From Octopus sinensis (lineage: Eukaryota): 64,000 bases of DNA. The stretch is from positions 114,824,001 through 114,888,000 of the forward strand of contig NC_042998.1 in assembly GCF_006345805.1 (NCBI RefSeq). Direction: 5' to 3'. Both the position numbers and the translations under genes were made by a program. Below the pieces are notes generated by a model. The model was given only the letters and a program-made list of their open reading frames with translations. It was not told the DNA's origin and did no database searches. Shown here in pieces: positions 52,911-64,000 of the stretch; within the stretch, counting starts at the first letter, position 1, and each line of letters begins with the position of its first letter.

Positions 52911-54639
52911 TCAGATTAAAAATAAGAGGGAGAGAGAATGAGATGGGGGAGGGGAAAGTGAGAACGTGAGAATGGGAGAGGGTAACTATCGTACACAAAT
53001 ATTCTGGATTAAAAAGCAGAGCGAGAGAGAGAGAGAGGGGGAGAGAGAAAGAAAGAGTGTACTGGTAGAGCTTCTGGTTGATGTCTCACCCTGCTGGAAA
53101 CAGCTTAATCTCCCATAAATCACAAACTAAATCTTTAAAATGGAAACTCTTGTTCGATAACTTGATGCACGAAGACAAGTTGGCCAAGGTTGAACTGGCT
53201 ATGCTCATTCAAGCCTGACCTATTAGACAACTATAACAACAACATCATTATCAATAAGGGTGGTTTTAGCACATATTCTAGCTTGTTACTAAACCTTTAC
53301 TCATTCTCATTAAAATACTAAACTCCTATCATTCCATTGTATCCTTTCTGTCTTCTACCATCAATATAATGGTCACTTATTTAGTAAACTGTGTATCGGC
53401 AACCCCGGCACTCATCCCATTCAACCATCCGTTCCTGATCCCTCGTCGCTTTTGTATCTCTTACTCTGCTGTCCAAACGGACATATGCAGCTGTGTGATT
53501 ACGAAGTTAGATTTTCTGTTACATGATTTCCTGTTCAAGCGAATGATCGAAACCTTCAAGTTTTGGAGAGAAAACTACCAATCACACGGTCATTAACACT
53601 CCCCCAATACTGTTTTAATTGAAGCCTAAAATATGAGAAGCAATGTCAGCTTTGGTGGGTTTTGAAGCCAAAACTTAAAGGTCCTAATCTAAAAGCAACG
53701 ATGCATTTTGTCCTAAGTTCTACTGTTATTTTTCAGTCCATTGAGAATGTAATGATGGTTTCAAATTGTGGCAATGGGCAAGTAAATTTAAGAAGGTGAG
53801 ATAGGCGATTAATTCGACCTGAATACTTGTCTGGTACTTTATATTATCAACATTGAAAGGATAAGAGTAATGTTGATCTCGGTGGAATTTGAACCCCGAC
53901 TGCTAACAAACATAACTGAATGCCTTACAGTTACAATGGTTTCATATTTTGGCACAAGGCCGGAATATTTCAGCACATGGTCTTTTTGAAAGGGCTGGGG
54001 AAAGAGCATTCCATCAAATCTAGTACTTGGCTGACACTCATTTTATCGACTCCGACAGGAATGAAAGGCAAACTCGACCACTGCAGAATTTGAACTTAGA
54101 CGGACGAAATTTCCGCTAAGCATTTTATGCCTCTCGCTATTAGTTCTGCCAGCACACCGCCTTTCCATTGCTAGTAATAACAATATCTGATACAGATGCA
54201 AAGTCACAAGTGGGTGGTAATAAACAATCGAGAGTCTGCAAGTTATTTTATCGTCCTTACAGAGAAGAATATCTGATTTCAACGACTTTAGAATTTAAAA
54301 TTCAAAGTGATATTAATAAATAGCTTAAGATATTTGGTCATCTACTCTAACGATTTTGCCAATACGATAGATCCTACCACAATTTTACGTTGAGGTTTAT
54401 AACCAAGAGCATGTTGAGCATAACAGATGATCTAATGAGCACTTTGCACGCTCTGTTTAACCTAGAACTGCTTATGTCTGAGCTCCACATTCTTGATGCA
54501 CTCTTCCACAAAGAAAAGGATAGAAATGTAGAAGTTGAAAATAAATATCAAGCACATCGATCGCACATAACACCAAGCAAAGCTTAATTCAACAAGTTAA
54601 TTAAAAGATTCGTAGTCTTAATTAATCACCCAGACTGGT

Positions 54640-54990
54640 TTGCAGGTAACTTCATTGACTTCTTCAAGATTCACATGAAAAGGAATTTGAGAGTGGAGTG
54701 TGAAGTGTTGTCTTCGAGTGAGTCTATTGAAAATGGGTTAAAGATGTGAAAATGGCAGGAGTGGATATTACCTCTCTAAGTGTAGACCTGTGAGTCGGAG
54801 AGAAGGAATTGAAGAGGACACTTGTCCCTGGGGTTTCAGGGAAATTTCGGACTGTGGGGTCATCGATTATCCTTAGAGGCCTTCCTATATCAGGAGGGCC
54901 ATATTTCTATCGTCTTCCCAGTTTTTTTAAACCTTTGTATGCTATGCATATGTCCCCCTCATCCTACACCCTTGTGGCAAATAAATGAAA
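54640..54990 (+). mobile_element. Probable Tx1/L1-like LINE 3' end
   Basis: FIDFFKIHMKRNLRVECEVLSSSESIE then, after a frameshift, WVKDVKMAGV...*; ~200-nt 3' UTR ending aataaatgaaa directly before (TCC)n. Confidence 0.45.
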
Positions 54991-55050
54991 TCCTCCTCCT
55001 CCTTCTCCTCCTCCTCCTCCTCCTCCTCCTCCTTCTCCTTCTCCTCCTCC

Positions 55051-55089
<39 letters not shown>

Positions 55090-55362
55090 CTCTTCTTTTC
55101 TTCTTCTTCTTCTTCTTCTTCTTCTCCTTCTTCTTCTTCTTCTTTTTCTTCTTCTCCTCCTTCTTCTTCTTCTTCTTCTTCTTCTTCTCCTTATTATTAT
55201 TATTATTTTATTATTATTATTATTATTCCTCTTCTTCTTCTTCTTCTTCTTCTTCTTCTTCTCCTTCTTCTTCTTCTTCTTCTTCTTCTCCTCCTTCTTC
55301 TTCTTCTTCTTCTTCTTCTTCTTCTCTTCTTCTATTATTATTATTATTATTATTATTATCAT
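54991..55362. repeat. Compound (TCC)n(TAT)n(TTC)n(TAT)n(TTC)n(TAT)n microsatellite
   Basis: Seen directly in the sequence. Confidence 0.95.
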
Positions 55363-55366
55363 CAAT

Positions 55367-55408
55367 GCCTGCATAGCTCAGTCGGTAGAGTATTAGACTT
55401 TCAATCTG
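55367..55408 (+). pseudogene. tRNA-Lys(UUU)-like 5' half
   Basis: GCCTGCATAGCTCAGTCGGTAGAGTATTAGACTTTCAATCTG against the conserved animal tRNA-Lys GCCCGGATAGCTCAGTCGGTAGAGCATCAGACTTTTAATCTG (recalled sequence; 37/42 match). T arm and 3' half are absent. Confidence 0.75.
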
Positions 55409-56632
55409 TCTCTAAGTACAGTTTTGTCTATCAGAAGTTGATCCTTGGGACCTCTGCACTTACGCTTGCAACACTTCTGCTCATGTGGCAGAACTCCATT
55501 TTTTTTCCCAGATGTTCGTACATTGACTCTGCGAGTATTCCAGTCAGTAACTTCCACATAAGTGACAAACAGGATAACGGCTTGTAATTGTCTACTGTAT
55601 TATCTTTTTCAATGTTTTTCAAGCACAGCACTGTCCTACAGCAATGTCAACCATTCTTGTGTTACTTAGTCGGCATTTACTTTCTGCCTTGATCAAATTA
55701 TTTCCATGACACTTAACACACAAGTAACACGCAAAATCCTCATTGTCTCCAATAGGGCAGTTTGCCCATATTCGTGCACATTTGTCTTTTAGTAGCCTGT
55801 ACGTTTCAATATTTTCTAGTGCTTTGTCAATTAATTGTGTATCTCCAGGTATGGCAATATCTATAATCTTCCTTCTCTTTTTCCTTTTTATCAACAATAG
55901 CAATGTATTGTCTCTGGACATCAGCCACTGACTTACACCGTGTTGTAAAATCTCACAAGATCTTGTACTCATTATTCTCGGTGCCGCCTTCTGGTTTATG
56001 CTCGTACCCTTTCTGTGTTCTTCCAAGATCTTTCTTCTCAAACTATCTCTAGTGAACAAACTTTGCTACGTTATCACGCCTCTTTTTTATTCAATTTCAG
56101 CCAGTTTGTTACACCCATTCACAATATGTGAAATTGTTTCGCTTTTGCTCCCACACATCCTACAAAGGGGCGATTCACTGCTTTTATCTATTGGTAACTT
56201 GGTGTAATTAGTTCACTGAGCTTGTTCATAGGCGCTGCATATCAAAGCCTCAGTGTATCCGTTCACATCGCTTTTCCTCCAGGTGTTGGTCTTGTCTCTC
56301 CCTTTGATTTCTCTGAAATGTTGCTCATGCATTATGTTCATTTTCCAGTTGTTTAATCTCTGTTGTTCATCTTGCTTGTTAAATGATTTTGAGTGCATCA
56401 CATTTTCAGTAGGTATGGTGCTGCTATTTCTAACAGCGGCAAACAAGGGTTCACTCTGCTGTTTGATGTGCCCAAACTGTCTTCCTCGTTGGCAACACAG
56501 ATCTTGCAAACTATGAGTCCTCTTCCTACCTTGTGCCCAGGCACATACAGTCTATCGATATCACTTTTACGGTCCAAACTTTGCGTTGCTCTGGAACATT
56601 CCGGATTGATAAAATATATACCAGTCATGTAA
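55409..56632 (-). mobile_element. R4/Dong-type LINE, decayed and rearranged
   Basis: IDRLYVP.HKVGRGL; ALICSAYEQA; CRMCGSKSETISHI; IIDIAIPGD (RLE); followed out of order by RT-start [34 protein letters not shown]. Confidence 0.85.
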
Positions 56633-56721
56633 TGGAGATGATATAAGTAATTGTTCCGTTATCTAAAACTTCTGACCTTCTGTCACTATAAGAAATTGAT
56701 ATTACCACGCAAGCCAAGAGA

Positions 56722-56935
56722 AAGAGCATGATTTAGTGGTTAAAGTATTGAACTCACGATCGCAGAATCATGGATTCGATACCCAAATCGGTCGATTCGT
56801 GATGTTTTTGATTATAACACTTCATTTCGCGCTGCGCCAGTCTTCTCAGCTGTAAATGAGTGATCCTACGACGGACTGGCGTCCCGTTCAAGTATGGTTT
56901 CAACTCAGTCACTTATACGCCTTGAAAACTGGCTA
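56722..56935 (+). mobile_element. Diverged tRNA-derived SINE
   Basis: gcatgatttagtggttaaag...ggattcgataccc head, core-like acacttcatttcgcgctgcgccagtc and gacggactggcgtcccgttca (as at ~23410). Confidence 0.65.
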
Positions 56936-58629
56936 ACCAGTCTTAGAACTTGAAGACAGTAATGTCTAGGAGCACCTGCCTACTACACGAGCCAAGCAAT
57001 TGTACTGTAGGAGAATGCAGTAGTGGCTTTTGGTTGTCTGTCCAATTTTGAGCAATCTATCTTTATTTTCTGACCGACTGTCTCAAGGATGTATATTATC
57101 CAGTCTAGTCAGGGACTAGAAGGAAACTTAGCTGCTCTTTCTAGCAGATCCTGCAGCCAAAGATAGATTCCCTCGTTGTTTCTTCTGCCATATGTTTGTG
57201 CAGAAGATCAGTAAAATTCTCGCATCAAAAATAGTTTATCGTTCTCACCTCACAAACATCATGTCGGCTTTGCTTTATTTGTGAGTGTAGATATGTGTGT
57301 ATCTGTGCGTGTATATATCTATGTGTATGCGGGATATCATAAAATCGAAAATATTGTCCAAAGATTAACCATGCTTCCAATATCACACCTTCTTCAATCT
57401 CATTTTCTCACATACTTCACCGTCCATGCTTTTTACCCTTCCCTCAGTGATTTTTCTTTATATTTTCGTGTTTCTTCTGCTTCATATCCTTCTGTCTTCG
57501 CTGGCTCCCTATCTTTTCCCTTTCTGTCTATTTTCTACTCATTATTATATCTCCCTTTTCCTATCACTCTCTCTTTCTCTCTCTCACTCTCTCTCTCTCT
57601 CTTTATCTATCTCTCCGTGTTTCTTCCTCAAGCTGACAGATTCACATAGATTAATATTAAGACAAAAGAAAGAAAGAAAAAACAAAGACAAAAAGAAAAG
57701 AAACAAAAACAACTGGATTGAAAGAATACGGGGGTGAAGAAGCGAAGGTGTGAAAATGTTACGTTCTTTTCATAATATAAGGTTCCAGTGTTGCAGACAA
57801 CAAAACAAAAACTGTTAAAAAGTAATACATGTATAAACAGAACAGAGAGAGAAGAAAGAGAAAGAAAGAGCGAAGAAGAGAAAGAGACAGGGAGTAGAGA
57901 AGTTGTTTAAGTCCAATACCCTGTAACTGTTATAAGATATAACCAAGCGGATAATTAATGACTGCTCTTTTCTTGGGTTCGGTTGTCTTTGTTTATTTCT
58001 GTCTCATATCTCCGTCCTAATCTTTTCGCCGTGGATCCATTGAAACAGCAGCAATAACAATAAAAATAACAACAACAACAGTAATGTGTCAACTTGGGAG
58101 CCTCTAGCGTGGTCGTCGCTCGGTCTGCTAAAAAATAGCAGACGAATCACCTTCAAATTACACGGAAATGTTTTGTTTCTTTTTTTTTTTTTCATAAATA
58201 AGGAAAGTTAACAAAAAAGAGAAAAGAAAAAGTGTGGTTTGGGTAGACTGGACTGCAAAATCTTTGATAAAAAGGAAGAAAAAATATTGGATGGTTCTTA
58301 CTGGAACGTTTTCCTCATAAAATCAATCGGTCAGGTCTTCACTAACTACAGTTAAACATTATTGCTATACAAACTGGAAGGAAAAAAATCCAATCGCCAC
58401 CCTCAGTAACACAGAATACGTCATTGAAAACCAGGATGATCGAAAACGTTGGACAATACAAACAGTATTTCACACTTTCTTATCTTTTGATATAATGCTT
58501 ATAAACATGTTTTTGATCTCTTTTCTTTTTTTTTTTTAATATAAATTATTTATCATTATTAATAAATTATCGAAATATATGAAATATTTTCCGTGTGGCC
58601 ACTGCCATTTACCATTTGGAACATGTGGT

Positions 58630-59120
58630 TGGTGCAAAGTCAACCCTCTTTTCTTCAGAGGGTCAGTTGTAGACATGAGAGTAGATGGCATAGGAGCACT
58701 TTTGAAAGTTGTCTCAGAGTCGTCCCTTCAAGTCAGATTCTAGAAAGTTTCCAATTTTAGTTGTGTTGACAATGTTCACCTCCCTTGAAATAAACCCTAC
58801 ATTCATGGTCGAGTTGCTGCTGCAAACAAGCGAATCTCTGAGATGGGAGCAAAATGAAGAAACTGCCACATTTTCATACTTACACGTTGCTAATTTGTAG
58901 GTTGATGTTGGCCAGTGGATATATGTGGCAGGTCAGGCTATCAGAAAAGCCTATCACAAAAATCGAAATATCACAACACTTTAGCAAGCTAGATAGGTCA
59001 AAGGTAAGATGGTTATAAGAGGGTGAACGGCTTGACGTTCAGGATAATTTCCTATGATGCCAAACCTTCCTCAAGTCTTTCAAGTATCAATATTCCTTGA
59101 AGAAAAACTGTATGGTGTCC
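58630..59120 (-). mobile_element. Possible very old LINE RT fragment
   Basis: The minus strand has gaaggtttggcatcataggaaattatc, resembling KAFDKVWH..LL; the remainder is barely alignable. Confidence 0.25.
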
Positions 59121-59509
59121 TCTAGGAAAATATGAAATGTTGCCTTGTGTTAAATTCTTAATGGAATCGTAGGGTTTCAGTTGGGAATATTTTACCCAAG
59201 TGGAATCCATTTCTCTTCAGCTTTGACTAGAATTGTTTTCTTCCAGAAACAGAAAAGGGAACATGCAGAAAGAACGAGTGACAGAAAGAAAATATTCGAC
59301 TCTAGTTCAAGACTAGTATTTTACGTATCGGTATAAAGAGAACGGAAAGCAAATTTAACACTGTTGAGATTTGAACAGAGAGCGAAGAAAGCCAAAATGA
59401 TTAATGAAAATCAGTCTATCCTGTGAATAAATAAATAAATAAATAAATGTACGTTAAATCTACCACACACAGAACAAAAAACAAATGAACTTTCAAATAT
59501 TCGTTTCTA

Positions 59510-59908
59510 TTCTAGGCACAAGGCCTGACATTTTTTGGGGGGATGGGGGGCGGATAGTCGATTAGATCGACCCTATTACGCAACTGGTACTTAACTTATC
59601 GACCCCGACAGGATGAACGGAAAAGTCGACCTCAGCGGAATTTGAAATCAGAACACAAAGACAGACGAAATACTTATTTCTACCCACAAGGGGCTGGGCT
59701 AAACACAGAGAGGACAAACAAGGACAGACAAACGGATTAAGTCGATTATAACGACTCTACTGCGTAACTGGTGCTTATTTAATCGACCCCGAAAGGATGA
59801 AAGGCAAAGTCGACCTCGGCGGAATTTGAACTCAGAACGTAACGGCAGACGAAATGCCGCTAAGCATTTCGCCCGGTGTGCTAACGTTACTGCCAGCTCG
59901 CCGCCTTA
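59510..59908 (-). mobile_element. SINE family 2: full copy (59668-59908) plus adjacent partial related copy (59510-59667)
   Basis: The reverse complement matches 63027-63262 nearly end to end. Confidence 0.9.
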
Positions 59909-61089
59909 ATGAACTTGCAAATATTGTACCACAGAAATATATTTTGAAAGAAAAAAGAAATACATAGGAAACAATTATAAAAGAAACAATTGCTAGGGGT
60001 AATTCTAATGATCTTTAGCAAATACAAATTCAAACACGTTAAATGTGCTTGGAGAAAATGTAAAGAAAATAGTTTTGTGTACGGAACGTTGGTGTGTGTA
60101 TTTAGTACTAGTCAAATTCTAGTAAAATAATCCGTTAATTTGGTAAAAGTACTTGAGGCGAGATATTCTTCTTTGACAAATATATCCAAGAAATAGCAAA
60201 GAGCAGTGCTCTTTTAATAAAAATGAAACGATCTGAATTTTCTGTTGCCCTGAGTGCAGTAAATGGAAGTTGCTTTATCCGATGTTTTAGGGGACGTATC
60301 CAGTATTCAATGACTACGGGTCTGTCTACTCGGTGTTTAGAACGGAAGAGAGATGGATGAACCAAACAGAAATTCTGATAGAATATGTACAAATACACCA
60401 CAACATCTGTACTTCATTATTTAGGTAAAATAATGTAAGGCTTATGGTCAGAGGCAACAGCCATAATATTGATACTTAGCTTGTTGTCATTTGAGTGTCA
60501 CAGTAAGATTTGACGATCAGTGTAGAAATAAAAGAAAAGACTGGCTCAAGATTGGCTTAAATTCCCAACGACACTCGAAGCTACACAGGATAATCTAAGT
60601 CACAGATTTTCTGTAATGCCATCAATATAACTAAAGTACAAAATAAATTTCTTGCAATTTATGAGAATTCAGAACGTAAAGAAATAGAAGATATATCGCA
60701 ACGAATCTAATTCACGTAGTAACAACTCCTCCAATCCACAGGCCTGTACTGCTAATTTATTAAATCAACCCAGAATTAATGAGAGCAGTTGACCTAAGAT
60801 TGTAAATTGGCTGAATCATTGGAACTACGGAAAAATGCATGCAATACTTTTTGGGGTCACATGCAAACTCACGAACATACATGTGTGTGTTCTGAACACT
60901 CATCACCCGTCAGAATATTCCGTACCCGCTCATTTTTTTTTTAATGAAACAGATTTTTGTTTTAGGGCAGTCAGGTGAAATGAATAACGTTTATAATTTT
61001 TTAGGTAAAAGCCTATTTGATGCTTGGTCTGAGAGAAGAATCTCGCTTAAAACGTTGCTCGCCAGTTGTTCAAGATGCTAAATTCTAAT

Positions 61090-61495
61090 TCATCGGATCG
61101 TTCATAGCTAGTTGAGGAAATGACAGTAAGATGCTGTCTAGAGGCTTCGCTTTGAAAGCGTTTAATATTAAGAAAATTTGGAAAAAAGAGAAATTTGGAT
61201 TTAATTCATCCTCAACTAGATGCAAGTTGACGATGAAGAGATCTATGGTGACCTTCCAAGATCACCTAGAAGATTTCATGTTACTGAGCATTGTCATCAT
61301 CATCCGCATTTGTTACATGTTCCTCATATGGGAAGACTTATTTTCGGATGGCCTGTGGCCGTCCTACCAGATCATATTATTATATCCTATTGGATGAAAT
61401 TTGACCCGTGACTGCTGATGAGCTCATAACATTCATGATGGAACGAAATATGTGGAGATTATCCGTGGTCGATGCAAGTCAAGTTCAATCCGACT
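61090..61495 (+). mobile_element. RTE-type LINE 3' end, decayed
   Basis: DEEIYGDLPR..RRFH..HC...GRP-like...TADELITFMMERNMWR resembles the RTE C-terminal EELYG.LP..R.R.RFAGHC..GRP..W region. Confidence 0.55.
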
Positions 61496-62334
61496 GCTAA
61501 TGATACTGGTCTTTTGTGCAAAAAGTTATTCTTGACAAAAGATGATCCATATTGTAAAGATAGTTTCGGGAAATCCGATGCAATGAATAGAGTCTGCTGC
61601 TTTACATTTCTATTCTTTTCAGTCTTAATATAACCCTGACTGCAATATGTATTTTCTCCCTTTAAAAAGGTAGAACGTCTGAAACGAATTTGATTGAGAT
61701 TTCTAACAGGCCGTGCTACGAATAAGAAGAGGCTGCCACATTCACTTGAAAAATATTTGTTAATAATCTGTGGTAGTCGGAAAATATTTAGGAATGAAAT
61801 TGGGCGTAGTGAGAGGCGCGTTATAATCTAACCGATGACACCTTGTTTGTTTCACATCAAACGTGAGACGAATTTAAAAGCTGAAGAATTGTTTATCTGA
61901 TAATCTAATTAGAAACTGGTTTTCATCAAAGAACAATGAATTTGATTCAATATGTTACTATTTCAAAAACACTTTTATCTCCTTCCATTTTCTTTGTTGG
62001 TTTACATATATAATTGTATGTGTGTATATATGTATGAAGTTCGTAAACATGTATGATATATATATATATATTTGTTCATACGTTTATAAGTGAGTCTGTG
62101 CCTGTATATACATATATGTGTGGGTGTGTATATTGCATTCACTTATTTTTATTTTGCAAAGAAAATTAAGAAACATACACCTTGTAGATCAAGTTTTGTT
62201 ACTCCAAAGTAATAAGATCAAAAATGGTGTTACTGGAATCTTATAGTGCTCCAAAGCGACATACACACACGCAAACAGCAATAACCACAACAAAGAAACG
62301 GAAAAGAAACAACGCGCACACACATATATGTTCC

Positions 62335-62455
62335 TTTTCTTTTATTTGTTTCACTTATTTGACTGCGGCCATGCTGGGGCACCGTCTTTAGTCGAGCAAA
62401 TCAATCTCAGGACTTATTCTTTATCAGTCTAGTACTTACTCTACCATCATAATTT
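62335..62455 (-). mobile_element. Dominant-family SINE tail
   Basis: ttgtttcacttatttgactgcggccatgctggggcaccgtctttagtcgagcaaatc...ggacttattct. Confidence 0.8.
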
Positions 62456-62779
62456 TGCTATGTAAGGCATCCATATAGTGACCTAGATGACGCATCAGCG
62501 CATGACAACTGGTGTTTGCTTCCGTCCCGTAACCTATCCGTTCCATAACAGAATCGAAAAATTAAGCGCCAGATTAAATAAGAAAAAGAAGTACTAGTGT
62601 CAATTTGTTCCACTAGATCTTTTGTGGCTATGCTGCCGTGCCACAGCATGGCCCCAAAACATTAACTGAAACACGTAAAATATAACGACAGCAACCAAAT
62701 TAACGACAGCAGCCAGTTTACGACAGCAACCAAATTTCCCCTAAGTCCACACTCTGCCGTGTAAATAACTGAAAGGATA

Positions 62780-63378
62780 CTCGTTTACTTGTTTCAGTCA
62801 TTTGACTGTGGCCATGCTGGAGCACTGACTTTAGTCGAGCAAGTCGACCCCCGGGACTTATTCTTTGTAAGCCTAGTACTTATTCTATCAATTTTGCCGA
62901 ACCGCTAAATTACGGTGACTTAAACACACCAGCATCAGTTGTCAAGCGATGTTGGAGGGGGGGGGGGGGGTACAAACACAGACACACAAACATATACACA
63001 CACACACATATATATATACATATATAAAAGGCGGTGAGCTGGCAGAAACGTTTGCACGCCGGGCGAAATGCGTGGCCGTATTTCGTCTGCCGTTACGTTC
63101 TGAGTTCAAATTCCGCCGAGGTCGACTTTGCCTTTCATCCTTTCGGGGTCGATAAATTAAGTACCAGTTGCACACTGGGGTCGATGTAATCGACTTAATC
63201 CCTTTGTCTGTCCTTGTTTGTCCTCTCTGTGTTTAGCCCCTTGTGGGTAGTAAAGAAATATATATATATACATATATATACGACGGGCTTCATTCAGTTT
63301 CCGTCTACCAAATCCACTTACAAGGCTTTGGTCGACCCGAGGCTATAGTAGAGTACACTTGCCCAAGGTGCTACGCAT
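62780..63378 (-). mobile_element. Dominant-family SINE interrupted by a nested family-2 SINE
   Basis: Tail and body at 62780-63026 and head-proximal part at 63263-63378 join into the same sequence as 18111-18502. Confidence 0.9.
63027..63262 (+). mobile_element. Young family-2 SINE inserted in the host SINE's internal TA tract
   Basis: ggcggtgagctggcagaaacg...gagttcaaattcc (B box)...gtagtaaagaaata, flanked by tatatatacatatata on both sides. Confidence 0.9.
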
Positions 63379-64000
63379 TAAATTTTCCTATATAAGACTG
63401 TATGGTCACGGGTGGAATATATATATCGATGATACTGAGTATAGGCTTGCACGATCAACGCTGACTTGGAGTTAAACAACAGCGGTAAACACTTCTTCCC
63501 ACTCTATCCTACAATCTACTTTTCACCTCCCACTGTCTAACCCCTACATGTCTTTGAGTTACTGTCCTACACAATTATTAACTCGCTACTGACTGGGGAG
63601 AAGAATTATAACAGTACGGACAGCAAAGGACCGCCCATTCCTCACTGGAGAACATCTGCCAGTAGCAGTCAGTCACCACTCCTTCACAACAGAGAGAGAA
63701 GCTCTGTGTTAGTGGTGGTGATGGTGGTGCTAATGGTGGGTACAGAAAGAAGAGACGCACTGAAGGGATATAAGCCTGCTGCTTCAATGTGTGAAGTTCT
63801 ATTTTATGCACGTTATTCTATGTGTGTGCGTGTGTGCGTAGCTGTATGCTTTTCCTGTGCGTTGAAGCGTTAGGGTGTTTATGCTCGTGTAGTTTTATAG
63901 GTTGGTGTTTATGTGGACATACTTTTATGTACATATGCGTGCCTGTTTGTCGGTATATGTTTATTTAGGTGTCTATGTGTCGGTGCGTGTTTGCTTTTCG

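Noticed and set aside
63570-63860. GC-richer stretch with a long stop-free plus frame
   Set aside because: No domain or convincing splice boundaries, and it runs into GT-rich low-complexity sequence.

Overview
AT-rich, microsatellite-dense eukaryotic (animal) DNA. No host gene can be identified with confidence. The SINE families and repeat make-up suggest a coleoid cephalopod, probably Octopus (inference, not verified). The window is a mosaic of decayed transposable elements: Penelope-like elements (PLEs, at least two lineages), R4/Dong-type, RTE, CR1-type and Tx1-like non-LTR retrotransposon fragments, a DD37D/maT and a DD36E Tc1-type transposase pseudogene, a Helitron fragment, mariner-type MITEs and many tRNA-derived SINEs. 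Most long ORFs in the supplied track are translations of (TA)n, (CA)n, (TACA)n, (TATC)n or (TAA)n repeats. Highlights: (1) a PLE locus at 0.4-2.6 kb with an RT-core deletion, an open GIY-YIG ORF, then a tRNA-like Pol III promoter, a minimal hammerhead ribozyme and a ~1.06 kb fold-back; (2) recurrent fold-back palindromes next to (TA)n tracts, including a 134-bp-arm near-perfect hairpin at 47 kb; (3) two CR1-type LINE 3' ends that share their terminal ~50 nt with the dominant SINE family; (4) probable microsatellite-targeted LINE ends at (TAA)n and (TCC)n. All family assignments come from motif recognition by eye, without database searches.
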